Assembly (NCBI GenBank): GCA_027066435.1
Contig: JAMONX010000003.1
Span: 1 to 57,802 of the forward strand
DNA: 57,802 nt
Origin: Campylobacterales bacterium
GTDB lineage: Bacteria; Campylobacterota; Campylobacteria; Campylobacterales; QNZT01
Direction of reading: 5' to 3'
The number at the start of each line of letters is the position of its first letter. The first letter of the stretch is position 1. Shown here piece by piece: positions 43,835-52,813 of the stretch. The notes beneath the pieces were generated by a model. The model was not told the origin of the DNA. It saw only the letters and a list, made by a program, of their open reading frames with translations, and ran no database searches. The position numbers and the translations under genes were made by a program.

Positions 43835-44973
43835 TCTTGTATCTTAAATATCTTTCTTGTAAGTGTAATAAATTTTGATAATCTTTTTTCTTTGAGTTGT
43901 AGTTTCTTGGCGATTTGTGGGTTTACGATATGGTATCCAAATCTTACAGTGACTATATCTCCACTTTTAAGCTCCTTATTAAATTTTAACTCTCTTTTTT
44001 CAAAAGCTTTGATAGTTTTGTCTGTGATAATTTCATCAGCTATCCAAGGCATAGTTGGCTTACCATCTTTTCCTATAACTTTTATAAAGATTACATCTTT
44101 TAGTTCTATGATTTTATCTTCTCTTTGTAAAGAGACTTTGAGTTTTGATAATCTTAAAGGGTGAGGTGTTAGAGTATGGTTTGAACCATTTTTTACAGTT
44201 ATTACAAAATTCTTGTTTCCCTTTTCTAAAGAAAGCTTGACATGTTTTGATAGTAAAAATGGTTTATCTATGAGTGCCGTTGCCCCGTGAAATGCATGTG
44301 TTTTAGTATCTTTATGATTTACAAAAGATCCTGAAACTTGAGGCATATGACAGGTGATACAGTTCTCTTTAAAATCACTTTTACCTTTTTTGATTTCAAA
44401 ATCACACACTTTGAAGCCATGATCATTTTGTTTATGAGAATGGCAACCTAGACACATATTGCCGTTGTAGTAGTTTTCATTTGAATAATTTATATCATGA
44501 TAGGGAGAGCCAACCATCTTTGTTAAGCTACTTTGCGGTTTAAACTCTAGCATTTGCCCTTTTTTATCAATATTTCTTGCAAAAATTGTCTTCTTTTGGG
44601 TAATTTGAATATTTGTATTGCTTTTTGCATGTTCTTCTATGCTTTTTATTTGATGGCAGTATTGACAAGAGATAGGTTCGTGTAGTTGGATGCTATTTTT
44701 TGACAATTTTGTTTCACCGCTTATGAGTTTTTTATCTGATGGTGTGTGACACTTTGCACATTTGAAGTTATTGGTTTTAGAGAGTGGGTGTTTTTCCCAA
44801 ACTGCACGAAAGATTTCATTTTTGTAAATAGACGCTTTTGCATGCATCGAACTTTGGTACTCTTTGTAAATTTTGGGATGACAAGCCTGACATATGTGAG
44901 TCTTTAACTCCTTACTTGCATAAGTGTTAAGTGTCGTAAATAATAGTATGCCTAAAGTGATAAATATCTTCAT
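43831..44973 (-). CDS. Periplasmic pentaheme cytochrome c (c554-like N-terminus)
   Basis: Signal peptide; CQACH, CAKCH, CQYCH, CLGCH, CITCH. Confidence 0.88.
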   Translation of the reverse strand: MKIFITLGILLFTTLNTYASKELKTHICQACHPKIYKEYQSSMHAKASIYKNEIFRAVWEKHPLSKTNNFKCAKCHTPSDKKLISGETKLSKNSIQLHEPISCQYCHQIKSIEEHAKSNTNIQITQKKTIFARNIDKKGQMLEFKPQSSLTKMVGSPYHDINYSNENYYNGNMCLGCHSHKQNDHGFKVCDFEIKKGKSDFKENCITCHMPQVSGSFVNHKDTKTHAFHGATALIDKPFLLSKHVKLSLEKGNKNFVITVKNGSNHTLTPHPLRLSKLKVSLQREDKIIELKDVIFIKVIGKDGKPTMPWIADEIITDKTIKAFEKRELKFNKELKSGDIVTVRFGYHIVNPQIAKKLQLKEKRLSKFITLTRKIFKIQD

Positions 44974-44998
44974 GATGCTTCCTCCTAGCTAGTTTAAA

Positions 44999-45040
44999 AT
45001 TGTAACTAAATAGGAGTAAAGCTATCTTGACTTATGTCAA
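44999..45040 (-). promoter_or_regulatory. Crp/Fnr-family (Nss-type) box and -10 element upstream of the pentaheme cytochrome
   Basis: TTGACTTATGTCAA at 45027-45040, 22 nt from TACAAT (44999-45004, minus strand). Confidence 0.65.
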
Positions 45041-45046
45041 TAATCT

Positions 45047-46735
45047 TTAGCTCTTTGTTGTAACAATATCCTTCTGTTTCTGTTTTCTCATCTGATCTTT
45101 TTCTACAAATAGAGGCTTTCTACTCCACGGATCCATCTCTGTATAGTACATAAGTGTTGAGTATGTTGAAGGTGTGGGGATAAAAACTTGAACTTGTTCA
45201 GGGTTTAGTCTTAGCTCTTTATTGGCAAAATCTTTTAAGCTACTCATATCTTCCATCTGGCTTCCTGGGTGTGCTGCTATGAGGTAGTAAGTTAGGAACT
45301 GTTTTTTTCCTGCTTTTTTGTTAAGAGTGTCAAAGTTTGATTTGAAGTTTAGAAGAGTTTGTTTGTCTGGTTTTCCCATCAGTTTTAGTATCTTGTCCTC
45401 GGTATGTTCGGGGGCTATTTTCATCTGCCCTGATATGTGGTGATTTACTAATGTTTTTAGATACTCTTGTCCATGTTTTTTATCTTCGTTTATTAAATCA
45501 TATCGGATGCCACTGTTTACAAAGGCTTTTTTAACATGAGGCATATCTCTTATCTCTTTTAGCATCTCTATTTGAGGTTTGTGGTCGGGTTTCAAAGCTG
45601 GACAGACAGTTGAACTTGTACATACAATGTCTGTGCAAACTCCACTTTTTAGTTTTTTGTTACACTCATATCCGTACATGTTTGCAGTCGCTCCTCCTAC
45701 ATCGTTTATGATTCCTTTGAAGTCTTTATGATTTTTAAACTTATCTATCTCATCAACGATAGACTTTTGACTGCGACTTCTGATAGTTCGTCCTTGGTGT
45801 ACAGATATTGCACAAAAGTTACACTCTCCATAACATCCGTGATGGGTAGTGACTGAAAATTGGATAGTTTGCAGTGCTTTTACTTCTCCTTGTGATTTAT
45901 AGTATGGATGCACATCTCTCTCATATTTGAGATCATAAACTTTGTCTATCTCTTCCTCTTTCATATAATCTTGAGGAGGATTTTGGATAAGCCATCTAGT
46001 ATCGTGAAGTTGGCAAAGCCCCTTTGAAATCATAGGCTCATTGTTGTTATAAAACTGATGAAACATATTGATAAATTGTTTTTTATCATCTTTGCACTCT
46101 TGAAATGTCGGTAGTTGTATAAAACCCTCTTTTGGTTCTTTTGCGATGTAACAGAGTCCTTGTATATCTTCTATAGGTTTTTTATCTCGATATGCATCTG
46201 CTAACTCTATGATAGTAATTTCTGCCATCCCATAAACCAAAACATCAGCTTTTGCATCAAAAAGAAGTGATTTCCTAATCTTATTTGACCAATAATCATA
46301 ATGAACAACTCGCCTCAAACTTGCCTCTATGCCACCAAGCACGATTGGAACAGTGTTTTTAAAGTTTTTTCGTATGATATTTGCATACTTTATACTCGCT
46401 CGGTCTGGTCGGCGATTGTTTATCACTCCTGGTGTAAAATCATCACTTTTTCTAAATTTTTTGGTTGCTGTATAGTTTGCCACCATGCTATCAACTAACC
46501 CAGCACTAACTCCCCAAAAAAGTTTTGGTTCTCCAAGTCTTTTTATGTCATCATCATTGTCCAAATTTGGTTGAGCTATAACTCCAACTTTATAACCTGC
46601 ATCTATGAGTATCTTACCGACAATTGCGATTCCGTTGTAGGGAGTGTCTATGTATGTATCGCCACTTATGAGTATGACATCAAGTTGTTGCCAGCCAAGA
46701 TTTTTTAACTCTTTTTTGGTTGTTGGTATGAACAC
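45047..46735 (-). CDS. YgiQ (UPF0313) family radical SAM protein
   Basis: DVILISGDTYID, GGIEASLRR, GCYGECNFC, DVGGATANMYG, APEH, AAHPG. Confidence 0.92.
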   Translation of the reverse strand: MFIPTTKKELKNLGWQQLDVILISGDTYIDTPYNGIAIVGKILIDAGYKVGVIAQPNLDNDDDIKRLGEPKLFWGVSAGLVDSMVANYTATKKFRKSDDFTPGVINNRRPDRASIKYANIIRKNFKNTVPIVLGGIEASLRRVVHYDYWSNKIRKSLLFDAKADVLVYGMAEITIIELADAYRDKKPIEDIQGLCYIAKEPKEGFIQLPTFQECKDDKKQFINMFHQFYNNNEPMISKGLCQLHDTRWLIQNPPQDYMKEEEIDKVYDLKYERDVHPYYKSQGEVKALQTIQFSVTTHHGCYGECNFCAISVHQGRTIRSRSQKSIVDEIDKFKNHKDFKGIINDVGGATANMYGYECNKKLKSGVCTDIVCTSSTVCPALKPDHKPQIEMLKEIRDMPHVKKAFVNSGIRYDLINEDKKHGQEYLKTLVNHHISGQMKIAPEHTEDKILKLMGKPDKQTLLNFKSNFDTLNKKAGKKQFLTYYLIAAHPGSQMEDMSSLKDFANKELRLNPEQVQVFIPTPSTYSTLMYYTEMDPWSRKPLFVEKDQMRKQKQKDIVTTKS

Positions 46736-46883
46736 TAAAATCCTTTGGGTTTAATTTTGTTATAGTATCTAAAAATTATTCAAGGTATAATGCACCCCAA
46801 AATTCAAACCAATAAAACCAGTATTTATATTCCAAAATGTTAAAATAAAAATAGAGAAGAAGGGATAGAAGGGAGAGTACAAC

Positions 46884-47091
46884 ATGTTTACCTACAATTT
46901 CAAAAGATTACTAAACCTTATAGGGATAGTTCTGTTTAAAAAACTAATAATAGCCATAAAAAATAACAATTTAAGCCAAATAAGAGAAGAAATAGAAGCA
47001 TATATCTTGCTATCTAAGCTTTATATGACTTATTTTTTAGAGAGAAAATTGAGTGTGAAATTACCTTATTTGGGATTAAGTTCACAGTCTC
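46884..47091 (+). pseudogene. Possible C-terminal remnant and right end of an IS1182-family transposase
   Basis: MFTYNFKRLLNLIG resembles the YNxKR motif of IS1182/IS5-type DDE transposases; ends at TTCACAGTCTC. Confidence 0.45.
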
Positions 47092-47106
47092 CCTGTTTTG
47101 TTATAT
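47050..47106 (-). other. attC-like remnant (R'' arm) directly after the toxin stop
   Basis: Minus strand TAG-ATATAAC-AAAACAGGGAGAC; no intact R' GTTRRRY partner seen. Confidence 0.45.
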
Positions 47107-47386
47107 CTAAGGTTTTTTTCGGTTAAAGATATCCAAGATTTCGATAACTTTTTCATCAGGTTTTATCTCATAAATAATTGTATATTTTTTAAAAGTCATA
47201 TCTCTGACATCGCTATCTTTAAAATAATATGAAGGAGGACACATGTAAGGATTATCAGGTAGTTTTTTTTATCTTCTCTTTAAGTTTTTCTTTGAAATTT
47301 AAACTCGCTATTGGTTTATCATTTGCAATATATTTTAGAGTTTGCTTCAATGCTTTATAAAAAGTAGGATTATGGATTATTTTCAT
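47107..47386 (-). pseudogene. RelE/ParE family toxin with a +1 frameshift in an A8 tract
   Basis: MKIIHNPTF...IANDKPIASLNF...KIKK | LPDNPY...RDMTFKKYTIIY...ILDIFNRKKP*; paralogue of 49254..49532; frameshift at 47263-47270. Confidence 0.8.
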
Positions 47387-47628
47387 TTTTGTAAAGTGTC
47401 AACATAAGCATCTATATCTTCCCAAAACTCTACATCTTCAATCATTTTAGTTTTACCATTTTTACTGTCAGTTCTAATTTTTTGTAATCTATCTCTTCTC
47501 TCATAAAAATATGGATCATACTCTAAATTTTTATCTTTTTGAATTGTTATATTGTCTTTAGCTGTTTCAATAAACTTTATAACTTCATTCATGAAATCAT
47601 CTTTGACATTGATGGTTAATGTTTGCAT
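47383..47628 (-). CDS. Putative antitoxin of a RelE/ParE-type TA pair
   Basis: 81 aa; stop overlaps the toxin start (ATGA); paralogue of 49532..49768. Confidence 0.8.
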   Translation of the reverse strand: MQTLTINVKDDFMNEVIKFIETAKDNITIQKDKNLEYDPYFYERRDRLQKIRTDSKNGKTKMIEDVEFWEDIDAYVDTLQK

Positions 47629-47790
47629 AGTTATCTCCCAAGTTTTTATCTTTAGTGATTATAGCAAAAAATTTGATGCTTTTGTTTTTCTTAGAGATTT
47701 TTGTGCAACTTTTTTTAAAAAAGTTGCGGAGAGTGGTAGTAAAAGTTGCGGATTTTAAGTGATAATGTATTATCAAAATTGACTCTCACT
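47621..47790. repeat. Repeated leader (palindrome, extended -10, RBS), copy 1 of 3; others at about 49090-49230 and 49760-49870
   Basis: Shared TTTTATCTTTAGTGATTATAGCAAAAAA; palindrome GCAACTTTTTTTAAAAAAGTTGC at 47705-47727. Confidence 0.8.
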
Positions 47791-47823
47791 TTTTTCTTTA
47801 AAGTGGCTTTGCAGTCTAACACG

Positions 47824-48862
47824 CAGGCTATGTACCCATTAAGTGTGGGTGAATTAATTTCGCCCCACACTATGACCTAATAAATCCTTGGAAGTAATAT
47901 CAGATTCACGATCAAGCATACGCATCCAGCCTAAATAATTTTCCAAATATTTTGTAGAAACACCATGAAAACGAACCATCCATCTTTTTAATCTGCTATC
48001 GTAGGCATTTACATTTTGGATATGATAAGCTCCTTCTACGACATGCTCTCCATCACTTGCGTTTATATATTTATGTGTAAAATCAAACATATTGGCAAAA
48101 CTTTTATAACTGCTTTTACTATCGCTACACAAGAGTACATCATAGTCTAAAATTGGAAGCATTACTTGTGCAATAGAACCATCATCACTATGTTCTAATA
48201 TAAAATCTGCTGTATTGCCGTTTCTATCTCTTGCAATAAGAACAGGAGTATACTCTTTTAGAGATAAACCTTGTTTTGCCCAACCACCACGCTTATGGGG
48301 TTTACGATCAAGATGATGATTTCCTTTTTCTGATTTTAAAAAATAAGTTTCATCGAATTCTACAATTCCTTGTAAATGTTTTGCTTTTATATCTGCTGGT
48401 ATTTTTAAAAACCTATGTCGCCATCTAAAGCTGGTATTCTTTGATATATGACAATGTGTTGCACTATCTCTAACACTTTTACTGTCAATTAAATCTTTGG
48501 AAAAATCATTCCATTTTTCTTTATATCTTAGGTGTGCCATTGGTGTTTTAGTTAGTACATTAAAAGTCTTTTTACAATCCTTACATTTATATCGTTGGAT
48601 ATTTGAATTTAATCCCCATTTAATAAAATTACTGCTACCGCAATAATGACAATGGTCAGTTGTATTTAAAACATCTTCAACTATCTCGGTATTATCCATC
48701 TTTTTAATATTATCTAGTGCTTGTTTTCTCTGTGTTGGTGTAAGTTTGGTAATTTGAGCTAAAAACTGTTGAAATGCTTTGGTTCGCATCTTTCTGCCCT
48801 CCAATTCTGACCGTATTATACTCTAAATTATTTTTACCCACACTTAATGGGTACATAGCCTG
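47824..48862 (-). mobile_element. IS1595-family insertion sequence
   Basis: Perfect 27-bp terminal inverted repeats CAGGCTATGTACCCATTAAGTGTGGGT (47824-47850 and 48836-48862) flanking a transposase. Confidence 0.92.
47854..48789 (-). CDS. IS1595-family (ISXO2-like) transposase
   Basis: Zn ribbon CHYC...CKDC, HTH, VEFDETYF, LCSD, HIQNVNAY, FHGVSTKYLENYLGW. Confidence 0.93.
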   Translation of the reverse strand: MRTKAFQQFLAQITKLTPTQRKQALDNIKKMDNTEIVEDVLNTTDHCHYCGSSNFIKWGLNSNIQRYKCKDCKKTFNVLTKTPMAHLRYKEKWNDFSKDLIDSKSVRDSATHCHISKNTSFRWRHRFLKIPADIKAKHLQGIVEFDETYFLKSEKGNHHLDRKPHKRGGWAKQGLSLKEYTPVLIARDRNGNTADFILEHSDDGSIAQVMLPILDYDVLLCSDSKSSYKSFANMFDFTHKYINASDGEHVVEGAYHIQNVNAYDSRLKRWMVRFHGVSTKYLENYLGWMRMLDRESDITSKDLLGHSVGRN

Positions 48863-48966
48863 ATTCCAAATTATAGCAATAGAGTCTTCTCTTTTGAACA
48901 AAGATATAAATGCACGATTTGTAAAAAAAACCTTTTTTTGATTGATAAATTATGTCCTTTTAGGAG

Positions 48967-49095
48967 TTAACGATTGACTATATCGATTTCTAGATTTTTA
49001 TTTTTTGTGATTTTTACATTATCTTTAAATTTTTCAAGAGCATTCATTACTTCTGCTACTAAATCATCTTTAACTTGTATTGTTATGGTTCGCAT
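48967..49095 (-). pseudogene. Truncated third copy of the antitoxin (42 aa), toxin missing
   Basis: MRTITIQVKDDLVAEVMNALEKFKDNVKITKNKNLEID aligns to the N-half of the two intact antitoxins; same upstream leader. Confidence 0.75.
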
Positions 49096-49253
49096 GATTA
49101 TCTCCAATGCTTTTATCTTTAGTGATTATAGCAAAAAATGTGACACTTTTGTTTTTTTTTAAAGTTGCAGGAATCGGTAGTAAAATATGCGAATTTTTAA
49201 TGATATTTTGTCATCAAAATTAACCTAAATATTTTTTCTCCGTTTTGTTGTAT

Positions 49254-49532
49254 CTAACGCTTGTTTTGGTTAAAGATATCTAATATTTCAATAAGGTTTT
49301 TTTGAATGTTGATTTTATAAACAATAGTATATCCCTTAAAAACCATATCTCTAATATTTTCATCATTAAAATAAATTGATTGTCTATTTTTATATGGGAA
49401 ATTTGGAAGATTGAATATTAGTTTTTCAAGTTCATTAGCAAAGTTTACACTTGCAATAGGCTTGTCTGTCGCGATAAAATCAATAGTGTGAAGTAAGTTA
49501 AACTCAAAAGTTTCTCTATAAATAATTTGCAT
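49254..49532 (-). CDS. RelE/ParE family toxin
   Basis: 92 aa; IATDKPIAS..F..L...LPNFPYKNR...IRDMVFKGYTIVY...ILDIF. Confidence 0.88.
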   Translation of the reverse strand: MQIIYRETFEFNLLHTIDFIATDKPIASVNFANELEKLIFNLPNFPYKNRQSIYFNDENIRDMVFKGYTIVYKINIQKNLIEILDIFNQNKR

Positions 49533-49768
49533 TAATTAGATTGAATTTTTTCAAGATGCTTATGAACATTGTTCCATAATTCATCATGAGTTATCATCTG
49601 CTTATCGTCATCTAGTATTTTTTGTAAACTTTTTTGTCTTTCATAAAAATATGGGTCAAGTTCTAAATTTTTATCTTTTTGAACTACAATGTTGTCTTTT
49701 GCAGTTTCAATAAACTTAATCACTTCACTCATGAAGTCATCTTTGACTTGTATTGTTAATGTTTGCAT
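49532..49768 (-). CDS. Putative antitoxin
   Basis: 78 aa, coupled to the downstream toxin (TAATG overlap). Confidence 0.8.
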   Translation of the reverse strand: MQTLTIQVKDDFMSEVIKFIETAKDNIVVQKDKNLELDPYFYERQKSLQKILDDDKQMITHDELWNNVHKHLEKIQSN

Positions 49769-49889
49769 GATTATCTCCAGTGCTTTTATCTTTAGTGATT
49801 ATAGCAAAAAATATGACACTTTTGTTTTTCTCTAAGATTTTTGTGCAACTTTTTTTAAAAAAATTGCAAAAAAATTGCAAAAAAAAGTG

Positions 49890-50380
49890 TCAGACTGCAA
49901 CTCTTAACTTTTTTAATATCTTGCTAACCCCTGCACCAGTCAATCCTAAAAACTTTGCAATCTCACTTTGCCTAAAACCATCATGATAAGCTTTTAAGAT
50001 AGCTTCATTTCTATTTTTTTTGCTCATATTTTCATCAAAATAATCTTCAAGTTTCAGTTCTTTTTCTACTCTTTTTGGATTTGACTTATAGGTTATGGTA
50101 TCTTTTTGAAACTGTTCTATTTTATCAAACTCTGCTTCACTCATCTTTATACCGACTGCTTTTAAAAGCTCTGTTGTACTGTCATACCACTGTAAAATAA
50201 AACTATTTCTCATGCAAGGTCTGAGAGTATCGTTCACTATATCATGGAGTAAACTGTAGCCATACTCAGCAATTTTTTTAGTCATCTTTGCATCGATAGG
50301 GTTAAATTCAAGATACTTGAAAAGTACAAAAAGATAGTTTTCATCAAAGATATACCATGATTTGAACCGACCTTGCCAAA
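49890..50380 (-). pseudogene. 3' half of a REP-associated tyrosine transposase (RAYT/Y1) with C-terminal HTH
   Basis: In-frame WQGRFKSW...KYLEFNP upstream of the listed ORF; HTH QSEIAKFLGLTGAGVSKI; the N-terminal HUH half is absent. Confidence 0.75.
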
Positions 50381-50406
50381 TTCACAGTCTCTATGTTTTG
50401 TTGTGT

Positions 50407-52323
50407 TCAAACTTTCAAACTTTTAGAACTTGATGTTAGTTTATTACCAACTTGATATTTAGAATTTTCTAATTCAGGATATATACTTCTAGTGGCTATT
50501 ATAATTTGAAATTTACATTTAATTGAATCTGTTTCTTCTTTGATTATTTTTTGAAAATTTCTTGATCTTGCATCAGACATACCGCCATTTTCTATACCAT
50601 CAAGTATAAGTAGTCTTGGAAATCTAATATATTCTTTTTCCGTAGATGCTATTAATATAGCAACATGAAATAAGTTATTAAGCAAGTACATAGAACTTTC
50701 AGAAAATGTAGATTGACCATCAACAATGATTGCATTTGATGCAAAATCATATTCAACTTTTCTTGCAGTTTTAAATTTTTCTTCTAATTCTTCATTTGAT
50801 TCAGCTGTTGTATCTTTTTTCAATAGCCTACACATGATTTCTGAAATTAATAATTTTAATTCATGTTCTCGTGTTTTTGCAATAGCTTCATTTGAAGTTA
50901 CAAGTTTTTTATATTTTTCAACACTTTCTTCTTTTTCTTTTGTTTCTTTTGTTAATCTTTTAACTTCATTATAAAGAGAGTGCAGTTTGCCATATGTTTC
51001 AATTCTTTCTTTATTTTCACCTACTTTTTGATATAAGTCAAAAAGTTCTTTTTCTCTCGAAGTATTAATTGAAGAGTAAGAAGGAGCTAATGATAAAATA
51101 TTTTTTTTCAATTCAGCCTTATACTTTTTTAATATCCTTTTATCTTTTTCTAGATTATCTTCTTTTTTCTCTAATAATATTAGAGACTCTTTTAACTGTA
51201 ATTGTAACTCGTTTTTCATACGAAGTAAATTTATATTTATTTTCTTTTCAGGACTTTTTTTACCACATAAATTACATTCATCTGTAGATATATTTTTTAT
51301 TTTACTAAAACAGCTTGGACATATTTCAAAAGGGATATTTGAAACTATTTGTTTTGTTTCTATTGAATCAATTATATCTCTTAATTTATTTTCTAATTCA
51401 TTTATAAATAGTTTTGAGTCTTCAATTTCATATGTTAAATTATTTATTTCACTTTCTTTTTCAAACAATTGGTGTTTAAGTTCTATATTTTGTTTTGTAA
51501 GAGTATTAATTGTTTCATTTTCTTTGCTATATTCAAGTAATTGATTTTTCTTTATATCATCAATTTGTTTATAAACTTTTTTGTTTTCGTCACTAAGGTC
51601 ATCAAGACAAGCTTGAACATCATCAGAATCATCTATAATATCTGATTTCTTTAATATATTGTGCATTGCACGTAATTCACTATTTAATTTATCAAATTCC
51701 TTTTCAAACTTATTTAATTTAATTTTTGCATCAAATAATTCATCATCATGGATACCAAGTAAATAGTTTCCAATTATTTCTCTTTTTAATGCAGAATCCC
51801 ATGATTCATTATTTAAAATATACTTTGCTGGGTTTGATTGATCACTATAAATAAGTCTAAAAATTTGATGCAATGTTACATTACTACCACTATCATCAAA
51901 TTTTATTTCTGGCATTCCTAATAAATCAAATATTTTTTGTGAAAAGCTTTCTTTTGCTGAACTAATTTTATATGGATACTCTTTCCAATTATCATTACTT
52001 GTATCAATGGCTTGTACAAGTTTCATAAAACAAATTTGTAAGCTTTGTTGTCCTGTGTCTTTAATTTTTCTTCTAAAAGTAATTATAGAGCCATTCAAGT
52101 CTACTTCACAATATACATAGTCACAAGAGACAGCTTCAACTTTCCAATCTTTAACATCATAACCTAAAGCATAAACTAAAAGTTGCATTATTGAAGTTTT
52201 CCCACCTCCATTTGAACCATATAATACATTTAACCCATGATGAAATTCTTCATTATATACAATACTATCTGACTTCATTACTATTAAGTGTTTTACTATA
52301 ATTGTAGGGTTAAACTGAATCAT
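50407..52323 (-). CDS. SMC/Rad50-like ABC ATPase of an ABC-three-component (Lamassu LmuB-like) system
   Basis: Walker A GSNGGGKT; YSDQ Q-loop; long coiled coils with central CPSC..CNLC zinc site; Walker B LLILDGIE; QIIIAT. Confidence 0.85.
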   Translation of the reverse strand: MIQFNPTIIVKHLIVMKSDSIVYNEEFHHGLNVLYGSNGGGKTSIMQLLVYALGYDVKDWKVEAVSCDYVYCEVDLNGSIITFRRKIKDTGQQSLQICFMKLVQAIDTSNDNWKEYPYKISSAKESFSQKIFDLLGMPEIKFDDSGSNVTLHQIFRLIYSDQSNPAKYILNNESWDSALKREIIGNYLLGIHDDELFDAKIKLNKFEKEFDKLNSELRAMHNILKKSDIIDDSDDVQACLDDLSDENKKVYKQIDDIKKNQLLEYSKENETINTLTKQNIELKHQLFEKESEINNLTYEIEDSKLFINELENKLRDIIDSIETKQIVSNIPFEICPSCFSKIKNISTDECNLCGKKSPEKKININLLRMKNELQLQLKESLILLEKKEDNLEKDKRILKKYKAELKKNILSLAPSYSSINTSREKELFDLYQKVGENKERIETYGKLHSLYNEVKRLTKETKEKEESVEKYKKLVTSNEAIAKTREHELKLLISEIMCRLLKKDTTAESNEELEEKFKTARKVEYDFASNAIIVDGQSTFSESSMYLLNNLFHVAILIASTEKEYIRFPRLLILDGIENGGMSDARSRNFQKIIKEETDSIKCKFQIIIATRSIYPELENSKYQVGNKLTSSSKSLKV

Positions 52324-52813
52324 ATTTAGACTCCATTAAATTTGTTCTATTTTTTAATCCATCTTTACCATATAAACTTATATGATTTAATTCATTAGTT
52401 AATAATTGCAAAAGATTTTTATCTAAACTTTTTGCATTTTCAATCAATTTTAAAAAATCACTTGAAATATATATTTTTTGTATTATAAACTCATTCTTAT
52501 TCTCTATTTTTTTTAGAATTGATATTTTTTCTAAATATAAAATGATATTTTCCTGTATTGACTTCATTGTATTAAAAGAGTTTTTAGCATCATATTTATT
52601 ATATTCATTTATATACTTTTTAAAAGTATTTTTTTGTTTTGTTAATGATTTAGGAAGTCTTGAATAACTAATATGTAAAGGAAAAGCTAGGAGAAAATCA
52701 TAAATTCTTAATCTATCATATTCTATTTTTGTATCTTTAGAAAAAAAACAAATAGCTACCATTCTAAATAACATATGGTATGGATCTAAAACTTTATTAT
52801 ACAACAGCATCAT
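52310..52813 (-). CDS. ABC-three-component middle component (LmuC-like)
   Basis: LY...DPYHMLFRM...DRLRIYDFLLAFP...GKDGLKNRTNLMESKYD; overlaps both neighbours. Confidence 0.75.
   Translation of the reverse strand: MMLLYNKVLDPYHMLFRMVAICFFSKDTKIEYDRLRIYDFLLAFPLHISYSRLPKSLTKQKNTFKKYINEYNKYDAKNSFNTMKSIQENIILYLEKISILKKIENKNEFIIQKIYISSDFLKLIENAKSLDKNLLQLLTNELNHISLYGKDGLKNRTNLMESKYDSV

Noticed and set aside
47814-47820. GTCTAAC next to the IS1595 end as a cassette recombination core
   Set aside because: Single 7-mer with no L box or partner arm visible; equally explained as a RAYT-end-like motif or chance
47552-49986. Three similar plus-strand ORFs (47552..47758, 48974..49162, 49780..49986) that look like a small gene family
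   Set aside because: Their similarity comes from reading the repeated antitoxin start and leader on the opposite strand
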